DNA from: an uncultured virus (IMG/VR IMGVR_UViG_2061766007_001347)
Taxonomy: Duplodnaviria > Heunggongvirae > Uroviricota > Caudoviricetes
Reading direction: 5' to 3' (one strand)
Virus record (IMG/VR): IMGVR_UViG_2061766007_001347
DNA length: 64,000 nucleotides
The translations under genes were made by a program, and so were the position numbers. The notes beneath the pieces are model-generated. The model searched no databases, was not told the DNA's origin, and saw nothing but the letters and a program-made list of their open reading frames with translations. Every line of letters starts with the position of its first letter. Position 1 is the first letter of the stretch. Below are positions 12,142 through 23,896 of the stretch, piece after piece.

Positions 12142-12357
12142 CTACATATCGCGAGCTATGTCAAATATAACGGCCTCTGCGTTCTTTATAACAAAGCCAT
12201 CAAGTTGTTTGATTTGTTCTGTTGAAATATGAGAGTCTTCAAGGTCCATTTGGCCGTAATCTGCAGAACCATAGCCATCTACGTCAAGATAGCGTATAAT
12301 GACTTCATCTTCCTGATCTACTTTGCTAAGTATTTCCATTAAATCTTTTACTTTCAT
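12142..12357 (-). CDS. MTVxELIExL family member
   Basis: MKVKDLMEILSKVD; start revised. Confidence 0.75.
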   Translation of the reverse strand: MKVKDLMEILSKVDQEDEVIIRYLDVDGYGSADYGQMDLEDSHISTEQIKQLDGFVIKNAEAVIFDIARDM

Positions 12358-12376
12358 GGCTAGTGCTCCTTGGTTT

Positions 12377-12468
12377 ATTAAGTGGATCCATTCCACTTAA
12401 TCTAGTGGTCTTATAAGTTAAGCTGAGATACGTGTAAAATAAAATCACCGAATTACTCGGTGATTTTT
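12377..12468 (-). promoter_or_regulatory. Type-A promoter + leader hairpin + upstream inverted repeat
   Basis: ATTAAGTGGA-TCCAT-TCCACTTAAT. Confidence 0.8.
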
Positions 12469-12477
12469 GTAAGACAC

Positions 12478-12975
12478 TTAATTGTCAGGCTTATTTCTTA
12501 TTTTATCCACTTTCGACTGCTTATCAGAGTTTCGTTTTCTTATCTCTGCTTGCTTTCTTATGGTTATGAAGGCTTTCATCTCTTCTTGCATAGAGCAATC
12601 TTCTTCAACGAGATGAACTTCTCTATGAGCTTTTTCACATAACCAGATGAGGTTAGATGGGTGACAATTTAATGGATCATGATCTATATGGTGACATACC
12701 AACTCACCCTCACAGACATGATTCTCATCTTTACAACCACAGACCTTATGTAGACAGAGTTTTGCAATATCTCTAGATAGCTTTCTTGCAGCAACCAATA
12801 AAGCATCTACTTCTTTATCATCGCCGCGACGAACAGCGTTTATGTGCTTCATCTTTCTTCTACGAGCAGCTTTCTTTGCCCCAGACTTAGCACATTTATC
12901 AGAGCAATAAACCGTGTTCTTTGAATCAGATTCAAATGTTTTATTGCATATCTTGCACTTTTTGCTGTATTTCAT
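12478..12975 (-). CDS. Zn-finger + HNH-type nuclease-like protein
   Basis: N-terminal CxxC...YCSxxC; HHIDHDPLNCHPSNLIWLCEKAHREVH. Confidence 0.8.
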   Translation of the reverse strand: MKYSKKCKICNKTFESDSKNTVYCSDKCAKSGAKKAARRRKMKHINAVRRGDDKEVDALLVAARKLSRDIAKLCLHKVCGCKDENHVCEGELVCHHIDHDPLNCHPSNLIWLCEKAHREVHLVEEDCSMQEEMKAFITIRKQAEIRKRNSDKQSKVDKIRNKPDN

Positions 12976-13167
12976 TTTTACCTACTTTTACGTTCAGGTC
13001 TAATATGAATTGATCGCTCGTCTCCATCTATGTCTTCAACACAGATATCAGCATAGCTGTCTAATCGATCCGCTATAATATGAGCATAGTCTAAAGCTTC
13101 ATCTCTACTACCAAATGCATATTCTCGTGAACGATTGTTAGTGTCTACTATAAGGACTTTCCACATA

Positions 13168-14085
13168 TCAAACTTCCTTTATAAGTTTCCATGACCCATC
13201 TGGATTTTGTTCAGTGATTAAGTTTAGATACCCATCTCTACTGAACTTACCAGTGTTATAATAAACAAGCTCTTTGTTATTATCTTTAACAACAACTTTA
13301 ATTGGATCTTGATGCGTGTGACCACAAACTATAGTATGACATTCTGGGTGTTGTGATAATAACTTCAATGCACCGTTTGCAACACGTCTACACTCACTGT
13401 TCATTGTTTTGACGACAGCGTTTTCAGGATTCATTCTAATGCTGTTGTCAACACCATGATCGTTATAATAGCTTCTACCTCTAAGAAGATCTTCAAGATT
13501 AGGGCTACAGAAGTTCACAACTACATTTGATGCAAAGTCTCCCATAAGACCTAACATAGTTTTTCCTGAGCATAAGCAATCAAATTTGTTGCCGTGCTCA
13601 AGGATGATCCCGCCTTCTGAATAGAAGTAATCTTTCTTCGTTCTGTAGTCTATAGTCTCTACAACACTATTTCGTGGAAACTTAGCAACAGTTGAATAAA
13701 ACTTTGCTTCACGATCATGATTGCCTGGTACATATATTATATGCCCAGTGTAAATCCAAGGCTCTATTGTAGATTGTAGAAGCTTATATGCGCGTGAAGT
13801 ATAGCAGTCAGTGTAACCACATTCACCACCGTTTATGACATCACCTAATAAAATAAGTCTATGCTTTGTGTCATAGAAATGACCCATCTCGCCGCTTGCT
13901 TTTATCTTATTACAAAACTGCTGAAGCATATATGCTTCTCCAGATAAAGGTAAACCATCATCTGAAAACACATAGTCATTTCTCTTATCTTTATCACGCG
14001 CAATGTGAATGTCACTAACAATAGCAAATTCAATTTGATTATTCTTTAGTTCTAATGATGCTTTTGTGAATAAGCAATTATTCAT
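13168..14085 (-). CDS. Calcineurin-like metallophosphoesterase
   Basis: SDIH, LGDV, GNHD, HG and GHTH motifs. Confidence 0.9.
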   Translation of the reverse strand: MNNCLFTKASLELKNNQIEFAIVSDIHIARDKDKRNDYVFSDDGLPLSGEAYMLQQFCNKIKASGEMGHFYDTKHRLILLGDVINGGECGYTDCYTSRAYKLLQSTIEPWIYTGHIIYVPGNHDREAKFYSTVAKFPRNSVVETIDYRTKKDYFYSEGGIILEHGNKFDCLCSGKTMLGLMGDFASNVVVNFCSPNLEDLLRGRSYYNDHGVDNSIRMNPENAVVKTMNSECRRVANGALKLLSQHPECHTIVCGHTHQDPIKVVVKDNNKELVYYNTGKFSRDGYLNLITEQNPDGSWKLIKEV

Positions 14086-14156
14086 TTCTCAATTCTCCTT
14101 ATAAGCAAGGAAGTGAATGGAAACTCTATTATTCATTAGATACCAAGAAAATAATC

Positions 14157-14537
14157 TTACCACCATGCTACAACATAAAAGTTATCTTTCTCCCAATCGA
14201 TATCATTCACTACTTCACGCGCCCATTCATATGTGTATTCAATATCATGCCAATAGTAATCATCGTAGTCAAGTGAACCACCAAAGAAAACAGCTTTTGT
14301 TCTAAGTTTTTCATTCAGCGGCTCTGTAACTAATGGGTTGAAATTCCTACGATCGATCTCTATTCTAAGGTCTTCAATAAAGCGCTCAAACTTCTCTTTA
14401 GTGATATCAACTCTTGCGAGATTCTCATCTACATTGAAATAGTTCAGAATAAAGTTGACTTTTCTAAAATAGCCAACGTTTGTTTCATAACGAGAATCAG
14501 CTTTACTCTGTTTGTAAAAATTGATGTCGAGCCCCAT
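14157..14537 (-). CDS. MGLD...YFRK family phage protein
   Basis: MGLDINFYK, VGYFRK; start revised. Confidence 0.8.
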   Translation of the reverse strand: MGLDINFYKQSKADSRYETNVGYFRKVNFILNYFNVDENLARVDITKEKFERFIEDLRIEIDRRNFNPLVTEPLNEKLRTKAVFFGGSLDYDDYYWHDIEYTYEWAREVVNDIDWEKDNFYVVAWW

Positions 14538-14564
14538 GTTCGTATCTCCTATAATAAGTGGTGT

Positions 14565-14636
14565 AATCAATGGAACCACTCCATTGATTGTGAAGCTTTT
14601 ATAGTACACTTCAAAGCATGTGTAAACAAGAATCAC
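14565..14636 (-). promoter_or_regulatory. Type-A promoter + leader hairpin
   Basis: AATCAATGGA-ACCAC-TCCATTGATT. Confidence 0.8.
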
Positions 14637-15233
14637 ATATTTATTTACACTACTAGTCCCACATACTTAAATAGTATTTTGCAAGAAGAGAAAAAGCTTC
14701 TTGTCTACGACACTCAGCCTCGTCTATCTTCTTCTCTCTTTCTTCGTTTTGAAGATCATCAAAACATCCGTTAAGAATATCTCTTGCTTCAGCAAATGCA
14801 TTTCTTATCTTCTTTAATATGTCTTTCCATTCTTCTGGAGTCATACCATAAGTGTAACTCACACCATTCTCAATCCAGTGATCTAGTGCTGGGACCGCTG
14901 TCTCTGCAAGAGTTGATCCAAATTCCCAGCACCACATAGGCTCTGGCTTACCTTCAAGCGTATTATCTATGTGTGAAAGATACTGCCACTTTTCTACTTC
15001 TTGAAACGGGATATTTATACCATAGTCATAATCAACCCAGCAGTCTCTATCTAACACATAAGTCATAATAGTGGGGTAAGAATGTTCTCCATAAGTCTTT
15101 ACAAGACAGTCGACTTCATTCTTCTGTGGATCTATTAAAACTGATTCTTGCTTTTCTTTATCCCACTTTCTCTGATCTTTATGCAATGGTCTTCCAAATT
15201 CTTTAGTAAGATTCCACTTCATTGATGAGTCTC

Positions 15234-15410
15234 CTATTTAGCTACTACTTCAACAAAACTGATGATGACATTTTCTCTTATGTTAAAGTCATATTCAGAC
15301 CGCTTGGTTTCAACGAAATCTATATCAAACCATTCACCATAGCCTTCGATAAGAATTTCATGATTCTTAGGAAGCTTACTTAATTTCTCAATAGCTTCTT
15401 TTACTGTCAT
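15234..15410 (-). CDS. MTVxELIExL family member (not in ORF track, 58 aa)
   Basis: Hand translation MTVKEAIEKLSKLPKNHEI... Confidence 0.75.
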   Translation of the reverse strand: MTVKEAIEKLSKLPKNHEILIEGYGEWFDIDFVETKRSEYDFNIRENVIISFVEVVAK

Positions 15411-15413
15411 TAC

Positions 15414-15764
15414 CTAATCTCCCTCTATTAAAATCCAGTCTGAATCTTCTGGAGTTCGTACGTCTTCTGCGCCGTCATATTCTTCTATACGATACTGTCT
15501 ACCAGGTATGTGAGCTATAGCTAAATCAGCGCAATTTCCATTTGCTGCACTCCCAAGTGCTTCAACAACAGCAATAAGATCTTTGTGATGACGAGGTAAA
15601 TACCTGCATATCACGTGACCCAAATACATCTTTGGTGTGGACCGCTTTTCATCTTTGATAGCATCTATTAAAGCGCTATCACTTGCGTTCTTTTCAAGCC
15701 AATCGACGGCCTCAAGAGAAAGAGAAAATCCACCATAGCAGTTATTGAAAACAACTTTATGCAT
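15414..15764 (-). CDS. Conserved phage hypothetical protein
   Basis: NxCYGGFSLS...RH..L..VVE.LG...IEEYDG.E motif. Confidence 0.8.
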   Translation of the reverse strand: MHKVVFNNCYGGFSLSLEAVDWLEKNASDSALIDAIKDEKRSTPKMYLGHVICRYLPRHHKDLIAVVEALGSAANGNCADLAIAHIPGRQYRIEEYDGAEDVRTPEDSDWILIEGD

Positions 15765-16090
15765 AATGATCTCCTATTGATTATTGATGAATGATTTTAC
15801 AGTCAAGATCTGATCTATGTCTTCGATGTATGCCCAGTCAAGATTGATTATCTCTATCTGTGCATAACCAAGATCTTGATCACCTTCAAATGGAATCCAA
15901 TCTTCACATCGAGTGTAGATCATTTCATCACCACAAGCAAATCCGCGGTTTTCTAAATCTGGAACTCCAAGAAAGTATTGGTCGTAGCCATATTGTCCAC
16001 CAAAAGTTGCATGGATAAGACAAAGGTTTTCTTTTTCAGGAAGATTGTCTTTACGATTAAACCACTGCATGATGCTTTCTCCTATGTGTA

Positions 16091-16166
16091 ATTGAATGGA
16101 TCCATTCCATCCAATTTATGGTTTGCTTATAAACCAACTTTCAAATAGTGTAAACAAAAATCACCG
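16091..16166 (-). promoter_or_regulatory. Type-A promoter + leader hairpin
   Basis: TTTACA-N17-TATAAG; hairpin. Confidence 0.85.
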
Positions 16167-16167
16167 C

Positions 16168-16494
16168 TTAAATAGAACGTGCATCTATTTCAACTTCACC
16201 GTCTTTGTAATAGCCAACATAGAATGAGACAGTGTGATCATCCATAAGTCTTTTAATGCAATCAGACACTTCAGAAATGTCATAATAATCACCGAATGTA
16301 TCTTCAACCATGTCAAGAATATGATGAATTGTTGATGGTAAACTTGTCTCCCATGTAACCAACAGCTCATCATTGCAAGCATTGATAAAAATATCACATC
16401 CAACACTGTGAAGATATGAATCCCATTGATCTGCTAATGATCTATGTGTGTTATTTGTGAGACTATGATATCCTATTATACGAAGTGTTTTCAT
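16168..16494 (-). CDS. Hypothetical; homologue of 42793-43095
   Basis: RSLADxWDSYLxSVGC shared. Confidence 0.8.
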   Translation of the reverse strand: MKTLRIIGYHSLTNNTHRSLADQWDSYLHSVGCDIFINACNDELLVTWETSLPSTIHHILDMVEDTFGDYYDISEVSDCIKRLMDDHTVSFYVGYYKDGEVEIDARSI

Positions 16495-16748
16495 GTTGCA
16501 TCCCCTTAGTCTTCCCATAGATCATCGCACTTGAACCAGAGAAAGTCATTTATCTCTGTAATGTCAGGAAGCTCTTCTTCATTGTACTGGTAGATGTCTA
16601 ATAAAGTTTCCCACACCTTGCTACGAGTGTAGTCATTAGCGGAAAGCCAGAGTTCTTTAGCTCTACCCCAAAGAAGATCGTCAAGATCTGTAATTTCAAG
16701 TTCTCTTTTAATCGTCAAAGTGGACATGAGATTCTCCATTTGTGCTTT

Positions 16749-16822
16749 ATTGAATGGAACCGTTCCATCCAATCTGTAGACCTTATAAGCTAAGATCATA
16801 TTCACGTAAACAAAAATCACCG
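16749..16822 (-). promoter_or_regulatory. Type-A promoter + leader hairpin
   Basis: Consensus layout. Confidence 0.8.
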
Positions 16823-16829
16823 TAAAATA

Positions 16830-16855
16830 AAAGGCCCCAATATTGGGGCCTTTTT
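16830..16855. terminator. Intrinsic terminator
   Basis: AAAGGCCCCAATATTGGGGCCTTT. Confidence 0.75.
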
Positions 16856-17578
16856 ACTTATAGAAGCTATTATTCTTCTATTCTGCATAATCCAGATCAA
16901 ACCTGTATCTTAGATCTGTGCTAAATCTATCAGGAATCTCTCCATGAATATGTCCTCTATATTTTTCTTTGAATTGTTCCTCTGTTAAATCTGTATAGCC
17001 GAGTATTCCAATAAACTGATCATTGTGACATTTCGGGCAGTTCACATAACCATGAATTTCGTATGTAGTCTTATACCGCCAATCATCTTCATAATAAGAA
17101 TAGAGAATATCTTTTTGTGTGTACATCATATGAGTTCCACAACTTGTACAAACCGCTTCTTTTTCAGGCTCTATTACTCTCATAGTTATTCTACCTAAGT
17201 GTCATAATCCAAGTCGAATCTATAGTCGTGTGGTTCTGTAGCTAAAGTCTCTTTTTTGTCTGGTTCTATTACGCTCTTCAATTCTGGGAAAGATTTCACT
17301 GCATCAGAAATAAAAACTTCTTTTTGCGGTAATGGTAGAAAGCATAAAACTTCACTTATTCTAAAGTTATCTAGTGAAGGGCCCAATCCTGTATGTGAAA
17401 ATAAATTTCTCTCTTCTTGTGTTTTCCGGGCAGGAGCCTCATCAAAGTAAAAGTACACAGTACGAAAGAAATGAATTTCATTGCGTCTTTTTGCTATAAT
17501 ATAAACAGTGGACCCACTCTCTATCCCATAATCATGTGGGTTACCTCTAAGCCATTTCAGTTCCATAATATAACCCTA

Positions 17579-18760
17579 TCAGTGATATTTGAGAAGGAAG
17601 TTCGGAGATACACATTTGTAGTTTAGCTGACCATCTTGTGAGTACATAACAAATCCCTCAATCATTTCACCATCAATATCTGATTTGCAAGAATCGACAG
17701 TTTTAATGAGATCTTCAACCGTATCTGGAATAGTTAACATCCAATCAAATACATGAACTGCTGGGAGCTCAAGATCTTTACAGATTTCAAGCATACGCTT
17801 AATTTCTAGTCGTTTTCCATCCATCCAAATATGAAATACAGCCAAACGATGTTCTCCATTCTTTAAGCCATACTCTCGCTTCTGAATCCTGCTGCCATAA
17901 GTCTCTCCCTGGATCGCAACTGATTTAAGATTGTACTTCTTCTTTAGTTCTACAAGCTTTGTTCTGACGTCATATTTATCAGACATCTCAACCCAGACAT
18001 TCTTATCGACGTACTTGCTACCGTCAGCAATTTTTTCAGAATTCTTTACTTTATCAGAAAAGACGATCACATTATGTGAAGCTACCATATAGTTATTCTT
18101 TTCATCAAGAATAAAAGATGTGCTCATACCATCTACTTTTTCAGTAGCAATCCACTTAGTGTCATGATCTTTGAATAACACAGGGACATTCTGAACTCTT
18201 TCACTGTTAGTCTTTGGTAACCATACAGGCCAAGAAATCTTGTCTTTCTTGTGAACAAAGATTTTAGCAAACAACCACCTTGCAGCACTAAATCTCATTA
18301 AGAATTTCACTACAGGGTTGCCGAAGAATTTCTTATGACGATCCATTGCTTTCTGGAAAGCGCTTACTTTAGGCTTAGATTGATCTTGTTTATCGCATTG
18401 CTCTTCATATAAAGTGACACCTAATTTCTCAGTAACGAAGTCACCTTCTTTACAATTTTTTAATTCTGGGAAGTCAGACAAAGAAAGCACTAACCCCTGT
18501 GAAACTACTTTGCACATTTTCTGAGTCTTTACTCTGTAGTTTCGTTTTGCCATAAAAGAAAAGCGCTCGTCACTCTCTGGTAACACAGAGTCGATTTCGA
18601 AATAAATACCAAGGCTGTCTTTTTCAATGTCTTTAGAGGCAACGCACCACCATCCATTCACATGTACGTAATGTACACGATCATAGCCCTCAAGATCTTT
18701 AGTGTCTGAAATTCTAACAACATACGCCAATTCACGCTGATTGGTTTTTGGATTCAACAT
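17579..18760 (-). CDS. ATP-dependent RNA ligase, Rnl2/DRB0094-type with N-terminal OB-like domain
   Basis: Motif I TEKVDG, IQGETYG, EGFV, K..S..FLLK C-terminus. Confidence 0.88.
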   Translation of the reverse strand: MLNPKTNQRELAYVVRISDTKDLEGYDRVHYVHVNGWWCVASKDIEKDSLGIYFEIDSVLPESDERFSFMAKRNYRVKTQKMCKVVSQGLVLSLSDFPELKNCKEGDFVTEKLGVTLYEEQCDKQDQSKPKVSAFQKAMDRHKKFFGNPVVKFLMRFSAARWLFAKIFVHKKDKISWPVWLPKTNSERVQNVPVLFKDHDTKWIATEKVDGMSTSFILDEKNNYMVASHNVIVFSDKVKNSEKIADGSKYVDKNVWVEMSDKYDVRTKLVELKKKYNLKSVAIQGETYGSRIQKREYGLKNGEHRLAVFHIWMDGKRLEIKRMLEICKDLELPAVHVFDWMLTIPDTVEDLIKTVDSCKSDIDGEMIEGFVMYSQDGQLNYKCVSPNFLLKYH

Positions 18761-19016
18761 GGTAATTCTCCATAAGTTTAGAAGAGAGGCTTAAAGCCTC
18801 TCTATTTTTAGTCTTCGTCTTCTAATTCTTCAATGTCATAGTATTCGTCAAATGGCATCCCGATTTCGTCTTCCATAGATGCTTCGAAATCATCCGACAT
18901 TGAAAGGTAGCATTCTTCACATAATGCTAACGAAGAGTTGTGTGAAACATAAGCAGCTGGATTAAAGCAGCACATACAGGTTTTACGCTTCATGATGATC
19001 TCCTTGTGGTCTATTT

Positions 19017-19077
19017 ATTGGAAGGAACCATTCCCTCCAAACAAAAGCCTTATATTACAGTCTGCAAACTATGTAAA
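19017..19077 (-). promoter_or_regulatory. Promoter + leader hairpin
   Basis: TTGGAAGGAACCATTCCCTCCAA. Confidence 0.7.
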
Positions 19078-19083
19078 GGAATT

Positions 19084-19449
19084 TTATGCGATCGACAAAA
19101 CTTTTTTGAAATGGTCTACATTATAAAGTATGTCGCGAATCTCATTGTAGTCAATAGCTAATTTATTGTCTAGAAGGTAATCTATACCACTTCTAGTAAT
19201 GACCCATGATTGATCTGTAGTTCTATACTGAGCATAGCCAATACGATTTAATTCAGCCCACATAGCAGAATGATTTCCATGATCCGGACGCCAGCCCATC
19301 ATTCTATGAACATCAGACTTCTTGATCGATTTCTTTACGCTGAAAACATTGGCGTATAAAAGAATGTTTAGAACTTGCACATACTTGGTGCTTTTATTGC
19401 CACTATTAAAACGATAGCCATTACGTAAATTGTAGGGATTGTAGTACAT
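19084..19449 (-). CDS. Putative winged-helix protein; related to 53550-53879
   Basis: ...L.R.G...Y......W.IT..G...L pattern. Confidence 0.55.
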   Translation of the reverse strand: MYYNPYNLRNGYRFNSGNKSTKYVQVLNILLYANVFSVKKSIKKSDVHRMMGWRPDHGNHSAMWAELNRIGYAQYRTTDQSWVITRSGIDYLLDNKLAIDYNEIRDILYNVDHFKKVLSIA

Positions 19450-19466
19450 ATCGAACTCCTTTAGCT

Positions 19467-19559
19467 ATTGAATAGAACCATTCCATTCAATTTATGTAGT
19501 TCTTATAAATCAACTTTCAAGCCGTGTAAACAAAAATCACCGACTTAAGTCGGTGATTT
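19467..19559 (-). promoter_or_regulatory. Type-A promoter + leader hairpin + upstream inverted repeat
   Basis: Consensus layout. Confidence 0.8.
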
Positions 19560-20905
19560 ACTTATGTGTCCTGTATTCATTCTAGAATCACTAATGAGTT
19601 GACATGTAGTAAATTGTAGAAAGACCGAACAGAGTGAATAATGGTAGAAAAGCCCTGCCTAGCAATGGTACTAGCATAAGAATACCAAATGCTAGTATTG
19701 CTGATAGAAGTAAGAGAGCCACTAATGAAAGTATGTCAGTCTTGTTCATGACAGCTATCCCTTCTCATCAGAGTCTTCGCAAGCACTAAGGAACATCGAT
19801 TCCTTACTGAATTTATAGTCTTCCATATCATGGATGAAATTCTCAAGCCAACCTCTAAAGAGATCAGTACAGATTTCTTCTGGCAAGTCACTTGCCACTT
19901 CATCAAGAAGCTCGTTCAAGCAATAGCACATAGAATATACATGACAGACTGTCTGCATTTCTGTAAGATCTTTCTTTTTCATAGCTAGCTCCTTATGTAT
20001 TCTTGTTGAGTGCAATGACAATCTCTGAAACTCGAGCCCACCGTGTTACTTCAAACCTTAGACATTCTTTGTCATAAAACTCTTTGCCACTAAATGTGAG
20101 TGTTTGGTAACCATAATCTCCAGTATCACAGAAGACTTCTTCATCTTCATTAGGCAATTCGTCTTTTATGTAATGCCATGTAGGCTTAATAGGCTTAAAC
20201 TCTGTAATCAATTCATAGTTCATGTTATGGCCACTCATCTACATCAGTCCACAGCGGACAAACCTCTGTAACATAAGAACCTGAATATGAACGATAGAGA
20301 TCGCGATCTTCGTTCGATAAATTATCGAACTCTACAAACTTACCTTTCACATAAGCAGCGCATGGGAAATCATAATCATTTACTTTGTAAATAAATGCAA
20401 TGAAGTTTTCTCTGTCATACCACGGCGATGTGAAATAGTGAGTTGAATTTTTAATGCCTGCAATAGAATTGAATGTTTTACGGATATAGAACGTTTTATG
20501 GAAGTCAAGTACTTCACCAGCGTATGGATCATAATGTCCTGTAGCAATATCACGTTCGCGCTCTCTTTGTCTTTTGCCCGCTTTATCTGGTGTAAATCGA
20601 AACTTAACAACGAAGCCAGAATTTTTGCGAGGTTTGAAGATTGTGTTATTGTAGTCTGCCATGGTATTCTCTCCTTAGAATGTAAATAAACACTTTACAG
20701 AAGTGTATTCTGGAACGCCAATTCCCCAGTATGCTTTTGAATACTGCGCTTTACAAAGAGACCCGAAGTAGCCAAGACCAGACTTAATGTAAGCGTCTAC
20801 TGCAGCACGAGCTTCGTCCTCAGTTTCAAATGTGCTATAAACTGTCCTTCCGTCTTGTGTATAGACCGTAAGAAGATAATCTGTAAATACCATAATGACT
20901 CCTTT

Positions 20906-20982
20906 ATTGAATGGACCCATTCCATTCAATTTATGATTTACTTATAATACCTGAACTATAAAGTCGTAAACAAGAATCACCG
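20906..20982 (-). promoter_or_regulatory. Type-A promoter + leader hairpin
   Basis: Consensus layout. Confidence 0.8.
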
Positions 20983-21357
20983 ACTAAGCTGAAGCTTTTT
21001 GCATCATATCGCCAAAGATTATGGCTCCACTTTCAGTGAATGTAATTCGTCTTTTATTTGGTGACATGATCATACATCTACAAGGAACTAGTCCATTGGT
21101 TTTGATGTATGCTAAACAGTAGCTAAGTTCATCACCAGAGTATACTGGTTTATAGCATCCTTCTGAAATAATGTAGAGAGTAAACTGATTCATATGAAAC
21201 TCCAAGATTATCCAAGGTGAGTAAACAGGCAGTTAAGAAGTAAGCCAATAAGGTCAGCCAGCTCTTCGTGGTAGATGCAGCCAATAAGAATAAAAGGAAT
21301 AAGAGCGAATCCCTGAATATCTTCTTTCGTCATTTTGAACTCTCCGTTTAGAATCTA

Positions 21358-21455
21358 ATTAGAAGGAACCATTCCTTCCAATCTATGAATGCTCTTATAA
21401 ACCAGGCTGCGCTACGTGTAAAATAAAATCACCGATTTCTCGGTGATTTTATTTT
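21358..21455 (-). promoter_or_regulatory. Type-A promoter + leader hairpin + upstream inverted repeat
   Basis: Consensus layout. Confidence 0.8.
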
Positions 21456-22245
21456 AGATGAAGCTGTGCTTTCTTTTATGTTTTAGTCTATGCTTAATCT
21501 CTTTCTTTTCTTTACGTTCCTTATGCTCTTCTTTTTCTTTCTTTTTATCTTTGTCTTGCTCTTCAACACACCCAAGAAGATCAGTAAGAGAGATCACTTT
21601 TTCATCTTCATCGTCATCATGTCTAACTATTTCGTAACCCTTCTTTTCTCTTTTCTTTTTTGGAATCTTATCAAGAATCTCCTTAGGAATCTCTTCGTTT
21701 TTCTCTACGATAAATGGAGGTGAACACCCCTGGCAGGAGCTACAAGCGACATTCAGAGCATGCTTCATTCTTTCTTCAACAGATCTATATGGTGCTAATT
21801 CGTTAAGCACCTTAAATGCACCCAGAGCCACAGAACCACCAATACCGATTGCGTCACAATCATCAGCAGGTTCCAGAATTGAGAGATCCATCTGCATTCT
21901 ATAGATTCTATTACCTACAGCAATCAGCATCTCCCACATGTCGTCCTCGTCAAAGTCCTCTGTAATAGCTCTAATTACCGGAGTGAATTCTGTGACTAAG
22001 TACGACATGTCAATATCTTTTGTCGCAAGCTCTTCTTCTGGTGGAAAAATTCCAGGGACATGCTGCATTAAGTTTGGCATTCTAAATGATCCTGCGCAGC
22101 CAATAAGAATATCTCTACGTCCGACTGGATGAAACACTTTTGGGTTCTTTACAAGAGATTGGTTTATTGGGTCTGATGCGCAAGAATCGCCAGCCATAAA
22201 AGCAGTGTTTGTATTTTTGTCAGAATAAGCAAGAACAACTGTCAT
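21454..22245 (-). CDS. Ntn-hydrolase, HslV/proteasome-beta-like peptidase with Lys/Glu-rich tail
   Basis: Thr at position 2, AGDS, PKVF, IGCAGS, AIGIGG..ALGA. Confidence 0.7.
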   Translation of the reverse strand: MTVVLAYSDKNTNTAFMAGDSCASDPINQSLVKNPKVFHPVGRRDILIGCAGSFRMPNLMQHVPGIFPPEEELATKDIDMSYLVTEFTPVIRAITEDFDEDDMWEMLIAVGNRIYRMQMDLSILEPADDCDAIGIGGSVALGAFKVLNELAPYRSVEERMKHALNVACSSCQGCSPPFIVEKNEEIPKEILDKIPKKKREKKGYEIVRHDDDEDEKVISLTDLLGCVEEQDKDKKKEKEEHKERKEKKEIKHRLKHKRKHSFI

Positions 22246-23896
22246 ACTAAAGCTCCTCCCAAATAAGACAATGAATTACTCAACAAGTCTTATATACACT
22301 AATCTGATTACATATTAAAAAGATATCTGACAAGTGTGATCAATGAATCTTCAAGTTCATCTTCTTTCTTTGACTCTTCTTTATTGACAATCTTATTGTA
22401 GATATCTTCTTCACTGTCATCTGAATTTACTTTAATATGTTTGGCGCTATCGCTTTGCTCTTTGTTATTGATTTTAATTACATCGTCTAATCGTGTAAAT
22501 GCTGATGGACACTTACATTCATATTTGGTATTAGAATCTTTACATGTATGTTTTGCTTTGTTTGATTCTTTTTCATTCACATGGCTATAAACAGAAGTTG
22601 ATGAGCTGTAGGCTCTCTCTTCACTCCATTTAGTGTCTCCAACATACTCAACCTTATTATATGAATATGATTTATTTTTATCACTAGAGCCAGTCTCAGA
22701 CACTTTAATGATAGTCTTGCATTCAATGCCATCTACATCTTTTTTCAAAACAGCTTTAAAAGTGCAGTCTTTATCTTTGTTTGCATCAATCACTGATTCT
22801 TTCGCATCAATTCTATAACCATCTTGCAGACAAGAATGAATTGCGTTAGAAGCAAGAGTATTCATATCAGAGTTGTCTTTATGTAGCATTTCGAACATAG
22901 TTACTTGTTCTCCTTATAAACGTTTTCAAAGTCAGTAATGAACTTCTCTTCACTAGTATCTCCAGATAAACACCAGTCAAGAGAATGTAGTATTTGTCCA
23001 AGTTTACCAAGGTTTTCACAAATAAGTTTCATATATGTAAGTGTTCGCGCATCTTTTGGTTTATATGAGCTGTCAGTGCAGCCATACTCATATAGACCAA
23101 TTTCACGAGCAATCATATCTTGTATTTCAAACAAAATATTATCTTTATAATCAAATGCTCCGCCACTCATAAGATGCTCCTATTATCTTTCGTCATTGCA
23201 TTCAAGTATATAATGAGTGATAACTTTTAGTATCTCTACAAGACTTACCTGCTTCATCTCAGTATAGACTGAAGCTACTTCATACGCTTCTTCTATAGTA
23301 AAGAATTCGCGTTCAGCAATACAGATACCATCATTTCTTATAGCTCTTACAATATATGATCGAGCTTTATTTGAGATTGATTCATCATGTGCTTTATCAA
23401 CCATTAACCAACCCCATTCAGATACTTAGAGATATGAGCGGCAACTTTATCTGCCAAACTATAAATGCTATTCTCTACACTATCTAAACAAAGCACATTT
23501 GTGTAGTGTTTATTTCTTGCATCAAAAGCCTCTTCTTTTGAATCAGCATATATGTCATCATATGCATGATACCAGACTTTCTTTAATCTTATGACGTCTT
23601 CATTTGACATATAGCGAATGCAAGTAGGTGTAAGCAATCGTGTAAAAGTTCTCTTATGGTCGTCCTGAAATGTCTTAATAACAACCCATACGTTTGGGTT
23701 ATCATTATCCACAAGTTTAGCTATAAACACATATTTGTTTTCAGAGTAAACATCTGGGTCTATGTGATAGTTATTCTTGATGATTTCAGTAATGATATTG
23801 AGAATCTCGTTGTTAAGATCCGTCAGAGAATAAAGCGCCATAATTAAACTCCTTGCTATGATTATAAGCACGTTCTAGAAAAGTAAATTGATGACT

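Noticed and set aside
14114..14136. Additional hairpin-promoter copy
   Set aside because: The stem and apex are degenerate and there is no associated -35/upstream box.
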